From Vulcanimicrobiota bacterium (GTDB lineage: Bacteria > Vulcanimicrobiota > Vulcanimicrobiia > Vulcanimicrobiales > Vulcanimicrobiaceae), in the NCBI GenBank assembly GCA_963786105.1, contig CAWAXX010000017.1, positions 160,001 to 224,000 of the forward strand: a stretch of 64,000 nt of DNA, written 5' to 3'. Of this stretch, positions 57,227-64,000 are shown in pieces (position 1 is the stretch's first letter; each line of letters opens with the position of its first letter). Position numbers and translations under genes: made by a program. The notes beneath the pieces were generated by a model, which saw only the letters and a list, made by a program, of their open reading frames with translations, made no database searches and was not told the origin of the DNA.

Positions 57227-57943
57227 ATGCCCATTGCAAAGCGCGTTTCCGCGGAATTCCTCGGGACGTTCTGGTTGGTTTTCGGAGGCTGCGGGAGCGC
57301 GATTTTCGCCTCGCTGTTCCTCAATCCCGACAAGGTGTCGCTCGGCATCGGCTTTGCCGGCGTGGCGCTGGCGTTTGGTTTGACGGTCCTGACCGCGGTG
57401 TACGCGCTTGGGCCGATTTCCGGTGGCCACTTCAATCCGGCCGTTACCGTCGGCCTGTGGGTCGCCCGGCGGTTCGACGGCAAGGATGTGATTCCGTACA
57501 TCATCACGCAATGCGTGGCCGCGGTTGCCGCGGCGGCGGTGCTGTACTTCATTCTCTCGGGCAAGGCGGGGTTCACCGGCGCCGGCACGTTCGCGGCCAA
57601 CGGTTACGGCGAACACTCGCCGGGCGGTTACAATCTGGCGGCCGCGTTCGTTGCAGAGGTGGTGCTGACGTTTTTCTTCCTGGCGGTCATCCTCGGCAGC
57701 ACCGACAAACGCGCGCCGGCGGGATTCGCCGGACTCGCAATCGGCTTATGTTTGACCCTGATTCATTTGGTCGGTATTCCGATCACGAACACGTCGGTAA
57801 ATCCGGCGCGCAGCCTTGGACCGGCGCTGTTCGCTCAGGGCGGCTGGGCGCTTGGGCAACTGTGGCTCTTCTGGGTTGCACCGATCATCGGGGCGGCGAT
57901 TGCGGGAATCCTCTACTCGCAGCTCTTCGCGGAGAAAACGTAG
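57227..57943 (+). CDS. aqpZ: Aquaporin Z
   Basis: [25 protein letters not shown] and [10 protein letters not shown] motifs; SD AAGGAGG. Confidence 0.95.
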   Translation: MPIAKRVSAEFLGTFWLVFGGCGSAIFASLFLNPDKVSLGIGFAGVALAFGLTVLTAVYALGPISGGHFNPAVTVGLWVARRFDGKDVIPYIITQCVAAVAAAAVLYFILSGKAGFTGAGTFAANGYGEHSPGGYNLAAAFVAEVVLTFFFLAVILGSTDKRAPAGFAGLAIGLCLTLIHLVGIPITNTSVNPARSLGPALFAQGGWALGQLWLFWVAPIIGAAIAGILYSQLFAEKT

Positions 57944-58037
57944 CCATACGCAGAAACTAGAGCGGCGCCTCACGACGCGCCAACGCGAAGATCTCGTTCG
58001 AGATCTTTGTCGGCCGGTGTCGGCGTTCGACGCCGCC

Positions 58038-60230
58038 GTGGCGCGCGCGTGCCGGCATGGCGTCGCTCTTCTCTTAGCCGGCGGAGCGCTCGCTCTGGCG
58101 TATGCCGGCAGCGTTGCCTGGGGTTTTCGCGCACACGCAGTAACGGCCGGCGACTTTGTCGAGCCGTCGCTGCATGCGCGCGTCGTCATCTCGCGCGATG
58201 GCCGCGACGTTCCGCACATCGCGGCGTCCTCCGAGCACGATCTCTTTTTCGCGCAAGGGTTCGTCGAGGGATCCGACCGGATGTTTCAGATGGAACTGAC
58301 GCGCCGGTATGCGACCGGAACTCTGGCCGAAGTGCTTGGCCCGCGCGCCTTGACGATCGACCGGGAGCAGCGATACTACGACGTGCGCGACATCGCGGAG
58401 CGGCAGTGGCGGGCGATGGGAGGGCGCGAGCGTGCGGCCTTGATCGCGTTCAGCAAGGGGGTCAACGCGGCAATGCGTACGCAGCCGCTTCCGATCGAGT
58501 TTCGGCTGCTCCTCTACCGGCCGCGTCCGTGGGAGCCGCAGGATTCGCTTGCGGTGTCGCTAGCGGTCTCGATTGCGCTGGCCGACTCGTGGCACGATGT
58601 GCTCGCTCGCAACGACACCTGGAGACGGTACGGTCCGCGCGAGTTCGACCAGTACTTTCCGCTCAGCGATGCAAGCTACGATGTTGCCCTCAACGGTGCT
58701 TCGCACCGCTCCTCGCATCGCGGCGCGACGGCGAGCGTCGTGGCGTTGCAAGCCGGCCGCCTTGCGCCGCGAACGATAGCGGCGCGAGCGGGGAGTAACG
58801 CGTGGGCGGTGGGAGGGCAGGCAACGGCGAGCGGCCGCGCCCTGGTCGCCAACGATCCGCACTTGGATCTTACGATCCCGGGCCTGTGGTATTTGGAGGA
58901 CTTGCGCGCGCCCGGTATGCACGTCGCCGGCGCGTCGATTCCCGGCGCTCCCGGCGTTCTGCTGGGACACAACCAACGCATCGCCTGGGCTGCAACCAAC
59001 GCCGATGCATCGGCGATGAGCCTCTTCGAGGCGGGCCGCTTGGAGCCGCGGTCATGGGAGCGCGAAGTCTTTCACGTGCGGTTTTCGAAGGACGTGACCG
59101 GCGCGTACTATCGGACGGCGCACGAGTTCGGCGTTCCGAACTCCTATGAGGGTGGGCGTCTCACGTTGGTGCGGTGGCCGTTGTTTTACCAGCGGAGCTC
59201 GGCGGTGGCGGCGTTTCTGGCACTAGACCGCGCGACCAGCGCGACTGCGGCTATGCGAGTCCTGGCCGGCTACAGCGGTACCGCGGAAAACTTCGTGGTT
59301 GCCGATGCGCGCGGCGACGTCGCGTATCATCTCGCCGGAAGCGTTCCGCAGGACCCGGCGTGGGGACGCTACGTTTACCCCGCCGGCGACCTGCGGCGCC
59401 GCTTCCGAATCATCCCATTTTCGCAGCTGCCCGGTGTCGCCGTATCGGCAAAGGCGACGATCGTCAGCGCCAACAACAAGATGTACGGCGCCCGTTATCC
59501 ATATCGGCTATCGGCTTCGTTCGAACCGCCGTACCGGGCCTACCGGATCGCGGAGCTGTTACGCTCGCATCGCCGTTACGATGCGGCGTACTTCGCCCTG
59601 ATGCAGCTCGACGCGGTGTCACCGGTCGACTTGGAGTTTGCCCGAATGGTGAGTGCGGCGATTTCAAGAAACGGCGATCCGTCGGATCGGACGGTTGCCC
59701 GCGAGCTCGATTCGTGGGACGGCACGTTTGCCCAGGGATCGCGCGCCGCGACGCTCGAGCACGCGTTGCGGACGCGCTTGGAACAAAGCGCGCCGTCATT
59801 GTACGCGCTTCTGCGGCAGTTTCGTTCGAGCGGCGGCGCCGGCGACGTAGGTGCCGACCTGCGCGGCGCGCTGTTTCTGGCTCCCGAGCGAATGCAACCG
59901 TGGGGTCGCGCCGGGTCGGTTCGCATCGAACATCCACTGGCGCCGCTGCGTTTCGGCTTCCTTAACGGCGCGACGCTCCCGGGCGACGGCGACGAATACA
60001 CGATCCATTTGCAAGAGCCGGGCTTTTCGCAGAGTTTTCGCGCGGTGTGGGAGGCCGGCAACTGGGATGCGGGAGGCATCGCCATTCCAAGCGGCGAGTC
60101 GGGCGAGCCCGGTTCGGGACACTACAGCGACCTGAGCGCAGATTGGATCGCCGGAAGGCTCGAGCCCCTGCCGTTTAATAAGCGCGCCGTCGAAGCGGCT
60201 ACGCGCGAACGCCTGATTCTCGAACCGTAA
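58038..60230 (+). CDS. Penicillin acylase family Ntn-hydrolase
   Basis: RDGRDVPHI, FAQGF, DRMFQMEL, GSNAWAV, ANDPHL and SANN motifs; start uncertain. Confidence 0.88.
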   Translation: MARACRHGVALLLAGGALALAYAGSVAWGFRAHAVTAGDFVEPSLHARVVISRDGRDVPHIAASSEHDLFFAQGFVEGSDRMFQMELTRRYATGTLAEVLGPRALTIDREQRYYDVRDIAERQWRAMGGRERAALIAFSKGVNAAMRTQPLPIEFRLLLYRPRPWEPQDSLAVSLAVSIALADSWHDVLARNDTWRRYGPREFDQYFPLSDASYDVALNGASHRSSHRGATASVVALQAGRLAPRTIAARAGSNAWAVGGQATASGRALVANDPHLDLTIPGLWYLEDLRAPGMHVAGASIPGAPGVLLGHNQRIAWAATNADASAMSLFEAGRLEPRSWEREVFHVRFSKDVTGAYYRTAHEFGVPNSYEGGRLTLVRWPLFYQRSSAVAAFLALDRATSATAAMRVLAGYSGTAENFVVADARGDVAYHLAGSVPQDPAWGRYVYPAGDLRRRFRIIPFSQLPGVAVSAKATIVSANNKMYGARYPYRLSASFEPPYRAYRIAELLRSHRRYDAAYFALMQLDAVSPVDLEFARMVSAAISRNGDPSDRTVARELDSWDGTFAQGSRAATLEHALRTRLEQSAPSLYALLRQFRSSGGAGDVGADLRGALFLAPERMQPWGRAGSVRIEHPLAPLRFGFLNGATLPGDGDEYTIHLQEPGFSQSFRAVWEAGNWDAGGIAIPSGESGEPGSGHYSDLSADWIAGRLEPLPFNKRAVEAATRERLILEP

Positions 60231-60239
60231 GCGCGTCCG

Positions 60240-61460
60240 TTATCGGCGGCGGGGACGCGAGCGGTAGACGACGCGCGCTTTCGGCGGCTCGACGCTGGCT
60301 TCGGGAAACAGCGGATTTTGGGTGCGTTCGAGGCGTTTTCCGAGGACGTACTCGATTTGTTTGATCAGCGGTTCTTCGTCAGAAGAGACGAACGTAATAG
60401 CGTCGCCGGCGGCTTTGGCGCGTGCCGTTCGGCCCACGCGGTGCAGATAATCGGCCGCAACGAGCGGCACGTCGTAGTTGATCACGTGGCCGAGCGCAGA
60501 GATGTCGATACCGCGCGCGGCGATGTCGGTAGCGACCAACACGCGATAGCGACCTTGCTTAAAGTTTTCCAGAGCGTGCGTCCGTTGCGATTGGGAACGA
60601 TCGCCGTGGATCAGGTTCACCGGGATGCGGTGCTTTTGGAGCGCCGCAGCCAGCCGGTTAGCGCGCGCTTTGGTTCGCGTGAACGCAATCGCAGAATAGA
60701 TGGCGTTGTCTTTGAGCAGTTCGACCAGTAGATCGGTTTTATTCTCCTGAGGGACCGCATAGAGGGTTTGGCTCAGCGTTTGGACGGGAGCTGCCTTGGC
60801 CGCCAGCTCGACTCGCACCGGATCGCGCATGATCTCGCGGACGAGGCCGGATATTTGCGGCGGCAAGGTCGCTGAGAAGAAGAGCGTCTGGCGATGCGCC
60901 GGTACGTGCGTGATGATGCGACGAACGTCGGGCAGAAAACCCATGTCGAGCATGCGGTCGGCTTCATCCAGCACGAGCATCTCGACGTCTTCGAGCCGCG
61001 CGGTTTTCTGCGATAAGTGGTCGAGTAGCCGTCCGGGTGTCGCGACCAGGATGTCGCAGCCGCGCTTGAGCGCGCTCAGTTGAGGCCGAAAGCCGACGCC
61101 GCCGTAAATCGCGGCAACCGTGATCTTGGTATGTTTGGCTAGCGAGGTAAGGTGCTTGGCGATTTGGTCGGCAAGTTCGCGGGTCGGCGCGAGAACGAGG
61201 GCGCGCGTCTTGCCTCGCGGCTTATCCATGAGCCGTTGCAGTAAGGGAACGCCGAACGCCGCCGTCTTGCCGCTGCCGGTCTCGGCGCTGCCGAGAACGT
61301 CGCGGCCTTCGAGGGCTGGAGGAATCGCGCGGATTTGGATGGGGGTGGGCTCGGCGAAGCCGAGGTCATGCAGAGCAGCCAGCAGCGGCGGCTGCAAGCC
61401 GAGTTTTTCGAATGTTGTAATGATTGACGATCTTTCCGGGTGTGCGCGGCTCGATCGCAT
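60240..61460 (-). CDS. DEAD-box RNA helicase (RhlE-like)
   Basis: PTPIQ, AETGSGKT, PTRELA, TPGRL, DEAD, SAT, TDIAARGID and HRVGRTAR motifs; true start may be 61421. Confidence 0.93.
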   Translation of the reverse strand: MRSSRAHPERSSIITTFEKLGLQPPLLAALHDLGFAEPTPIQIRAIPPALEGRDVLGSAETGSGKTAAFGVPLLQRLMDKPRGKTRALVLAPTRELADQIAKHLTSLAKHTKITVAAIYGGVGFRPQLSALKRGCDILVATPGRLLDHLSQKTARLEDVEMLVLDEADRMLDMGFLPDVRRIITHVPAHRQTLFFSATLPPQISGLVREIMRDPVRVELAAKAAPVQTLSQTLYAVPQENKTDLLVELLKDNAIYSAIAFTRTKARANRLAAALQKHRIPVNLIHGDRSQSQRTHALENFKQGRYRVLVATDIAARGIDISALGHVINYDVPLVAADYLHRVGRTARAKAAGDAITFVSSDEEPLIKQIEYVLGKRLERTQNPLFPEASVEPPKARVVYRSRPRRR

Positions 61461-61490
61461 TCATCCGAAGGATCGCGCGGGAGTTGCCCC

Positions 61491-61520
61491 ACTATGGCAT
61501 GGAGGGGGGTCCTGCGTCAA
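61491..61520 (-). promoter_or_regulatory. Sigma70-type promoter of the helicase gene
   Basis: Minus strand TTGACG, 18 bp, CATAGT preceded by TG-C. Confidence 0.5.
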
Positions 61521-61551
61521 ATCCTAGAGTCGCAGGTGCTCGTTTGCCGGC

Positions 61552-61908
61552 CTATTCGTCCCCATAAAACGAAAGCAAATGGCCGTCGGGATCGTTGATG
61601 TTCACCGCCCACGCGCGGTCGTTGACCGGACGGGGCTCGTTCACGAATTCGAGGCCGGCGCCTCGCAGTTCGTCGTATGCGGCCCGAACGCTGGGAACGG
61701 CGAAGACGATCTCGACGGCGGTTCCGCTTTGGGGCGTTCCGCGCGCGAGATCCCCACTGAGCGCGAGGGTTACCCCACCGCAGTCGAAGAACGCAAAATC
61801 TTCAAACCGGGAGGTGAGCGGCAACTGCAGATGGTCGCGATAAAAGCCGATCGATCGATCGACGTCGCGACTCGCAAGCATGACGAATTTCAGCCCGCCA
61901 ACGTTCAT
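61552..61908 (-). CDS. VOC/glyoxalase family protein
   Basis: DVDRSIGFYRD and DPDGHLL motifs; SD AGGAGG. Confidence 0.85.
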   Translation of the reverse strand: MNVGGLKFVMLASRDVDRSIGFYRDHLQLPLTSRFEDFAFFDCGGVTLALSGDLARGTPQSGTAVEIVFAVPSVRAAYDELRGAGLEFVNEPRPVNDRAWAVNINDPDGHLLSFYGDE

Positions 61909-61925
61909 GGAACCCGCCTCCTAAA

Positions 61926-61946
61926 ATATAGTTAGCCTAACTAAAT
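61926..61946. promoter_or_regulatory. Palindromic operator, probably for the adjacent MarR
   Basis: ATATAGTTAG-C-CTAACTAAAT with perfect core TAGTTAG-C-CTAACTA. Confidence 0.65.
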
Positions 61947-61951
61947 ATATA

Positions 61952-62413
61952 CTAACCAAAAGGCGGGTTTGTCAAGCCTTCGATCAGGCGGGCGGCGCGA
62001 TCCAGCGCCGCCAGTTCTTCCCCGTCGCAGGATTGGAGCAAGTTCGCCAGGGCCGTCAATCGGCGTTTGCGAGCCGCGACAAATGCCGCCCGCCCGCGAC
62101 CGGTCGCGACGACGCGAACGACGCGCGCGTCTCGTGGATCGTTCCTGCGCGCGACGAGGCCCTCGCGCACTAGTCCGTCGATCAAGCGCGTCATCGTCGG
62201 CGGCTTGACTTGTTCGGCGCGAGCTAGATCGGTGATCGTCCGGTCGCCGAATGCGAGGACGGACAGAACCGAGAGGCGCGGCGCGGTCATGCCGCCCTCT
62301 GCGTCGGAACTGCGAACGGCGCGCAAGAGGTGAATGGCCGCCGAGTGGAGGCGGTCCGCGACCGTTGCGCGGTTTGGCGATGCCGGATGAGCGGGGCGAG
62401 TTTTGCTTGGCAT
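61952..62413 (-). CDS. MarR family transcriptional regulator
   Basis: TITDLARAEQVKPPTMTRLIDGL and GLVARRNDPRDARV motifs. Confidence 0.88.
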   Translation of the reverse strand: MPSKTRPAHPASPNRATVADRLHSAAIHLLRAVRSSDAEGGMTAPRLSVLSVLAFGDRTITDLARAEQVKPPTMTRLIDGLVREGLVARRNDPRDARVVRVVATGRGRAAFVAARKRRLTALANLLQSCDGEELAALDRAARLIEGLTNPPFG

Positions 62414-62420
62414 GGTCGGG

Positions 62421-63236
62421 TCAGCGTCCGATGAGCGATTCGAAGTGGTTGTTGTCGATGACGTACGTCCAGGCGCTGGACGTAACGCGCAGCGAACCCG
62501 AGTAGGGCGCGCTGAACTCGACGACCACGCCAAAGAGTAAACCGATGCACGCGGCGACGAGTGCCGTCATCGTGAGCTGCAGCATCAGGTCTGCGACGCC
62601 GAAAAGGAAGACGAAGCCAAAGACGATCAAGGCACCGATGATGAGCGCGAGCGCGAGCGGTGGTGCCAGGCCTTTGTCACTCTGTAAGAGTCGCAGCCGC
62701 CGGTTGTCGGCAATGTCTCGTAAACTTGCCGCGACCTGTTGACGAGTGGTTTCGCGGTTGAGCGCTTCGTCGATCGACGCACTGTCGCTTGGGACCGGCT
62801 CGCCAAGTGCCTGAACCGCTTGGATGAAGAACGCTCGAGCTTGCGGATCCTCTCGTGCGTGGCGCATCGCCTCCCACTCGCGATCGCGCACTTCGATGGC
62901 GTACGCGGCTAGGGCTTTTCGCATATCGGTGCGCCGTGGCTCGGGCAGCATCTCCGCAAATCCGAAGGCATCGCCGACGTCGCCCGCTTCGATGTCGGCA
63001 ATCTGTTGCGCCGAGTCGAAGGCCGACCAGCTCGTCACCACGACGAATCCGAGAACGACGGCATACAGCACGCCGACGATCGCCACCAAAAAGCCGGCGA
63101 CGTCGTGGTGCGCGATGAGGCGCTCGTGTGGAACGATGCGCCGGAAGAGCGCGTGCGCGCCCGCCGCGGCGGCGGCGGGAACGGCCACGAACAATAGGAG
63201 CGTTAGGATCGCCGGACCTGATGGAAGCCAGTGCAT
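62421..63236 (-). CDS. DUF4239-like membrane protein
   Basis: GVLYAVVLGFVVV, VRDREW, RRLRL and PYSG motifs. Confidence 0.7.
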   Translation of the reverse strand: MHWLPSGPAILTLLLFVAVPAAAAAGAHALFRRIVPHERLIAHHDVAGFLVAIVGVLYAVVLGFVVVTSWSAFDSAQQIADIEAGDVGDAFGFAEMLPEPRRTDMRKALAAYAIEVRDREWEAMRHAREDPQARAFFIQAVQALGEPVPSDSASIDEALNRETTRQQVAASLRDIADNRRLRLLQSDKGLAPPLALALIIGALIVFGFVFLFGVADLMLQLTMTALVAACIGLLFGVVVEFSAPYSGSLRVTSSAWTYVIDNNHFESLIGR

Positions 63237-63292
63237 ACCCAAGATTTAGCAAGCAGGCCCCGAAAAGCATGCACGATAAGTTCCCGAAATCT

Positions 63293-64000
63293 ATGACCGA
63301 AATCCAATCCGGACGGCAAATCCTGCCGATCCCCGACCGCCGGCACGTTGGCGTGACGACGTACGATGCGAAAGATCCCGACACCGCGTTCCCGCCGATC
63401 GAGCCGTTGCGCCCGCCGAAAGGCGCGCCGAACGTTTTGATCGTGCTCCTCGACGACACGGGATTCGGCGCGTCGAGCGCGTTCGGCGGCCCGGTGCACA
63501 CGCCGGCCGCCGAACGCCTGGCGAAGGGCGGCTTGAAGTATAATCGTTTTCATACGACGGCGCTGTGTTCTCCGACGCGCCAAGCGTTGCTCACGGGCCG
63601 CAACCATCATTCGGTCGGCATGGGCGGCATCACGGAAATCGCGACGTCTGCGCCCGGGTACAGTTCGGTGCGGCCGAAAACGGCGGCGCCGCTTGCGGAA
63701 ACGCTCAAACTCAACGGATACTCGACCGCACAGTTCGGAAAGTGTCACGAAGTGCCGGTTTGGGAGACCAGCCCGATGGGCCCGTTTACCCAGTGGCCGA
63801 CCGGCAGCGGCTTCGAGCATTTTTACGGCTTCATCGGAGGCGAGACCAATCAGTGGGCTCCCGCGATTTACCGCGATACGGTGCCGGTCGAGCCGCCCGA
63901 CGATCCCAACTACCATTTTACCGTCGACATGACGGACCAAGCGATAGAATGGATCGCGCAGCAGAAAGCCCTGATGCCCGACAAGCCCTTTTTCGTCTAT
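63293..64000 (+). CDS. Arylsulfatase, partial (runs off the window; absent from the ORF track)
   Basis: Manual translation MTEIQSGRQILPIPD...APNVLIVLLDDTGFG...FHTTALCSPTRQALLTGRNHH (CxPxR formylglycine motif). Confidence 0.92.
   Translation, partial: MTEIQSGRQILPIPDRRHVGVTTYDAKDPDTAFPPIEPLRPPKGAPNVLIVLLDDTGFGASSAFGGPVHTPAAERLAKGGLKYNRFHTTALCSPTRQALLTGRNHHSVGMGGITEIATSAPGYSSVRPKTAAPLAETLKLNGYSTAQFGKCHEVPVWETSPMGPFTQWPTGSGFEHFYGFIGGETNQWAPAIYRDTVPVEPPDDPNYHFTVDMTDQAIEWIAQQKALMPDKPFFVY

Overview
GC-rich bacterial chromosomal window with dense, mostly housekeeping coding sequence. The gene families and small secreted hypothetical proteins suggest Eremiobacterota/Vulcanimicrobiota (WPS-2), which is an unverified inference. 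Contents in order: an attenuated trpEGC operon; a ~23 kb purine-biosynthesis region (purB, purC, purL, purQ, purS-like, two purP-like genes, guaA, purD, purF, purM, purN) interleaved with cydAB, tpx, panB and pepA; a nucleotidyltransferase two-gene module; tsaD; thrS; pstSCAB; a tandem phospholipase C duplication; a PHA locus (phaB-phaC-XRE-phasin-like); aqpZ; a penicillin acylase; a DEAD-box helicase; and a partial arylsulfatase. The most notable observations are: (1) a mosaic purine pathway with an animal-PAICS-like PurC whose AIR-carboxylase domain looks degenerate, two archaeal-type PurP paralogs, a double-length PurS and a GNAT-PurN fusion; (2) a ~40-bp REP-like repeat with a sequence-variable hairpin, present at 5 loci in one orientation, which has inserted in frame into trpE and supplies the pepA stop codon; (3) a candidate PHA regulon with a shared operator and an Rv0474-type XRE regulator. 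No rRNA, tRNA, CRISPR array or transposase was recognised. All assignments are by-eye motif recognition; no searches were run.
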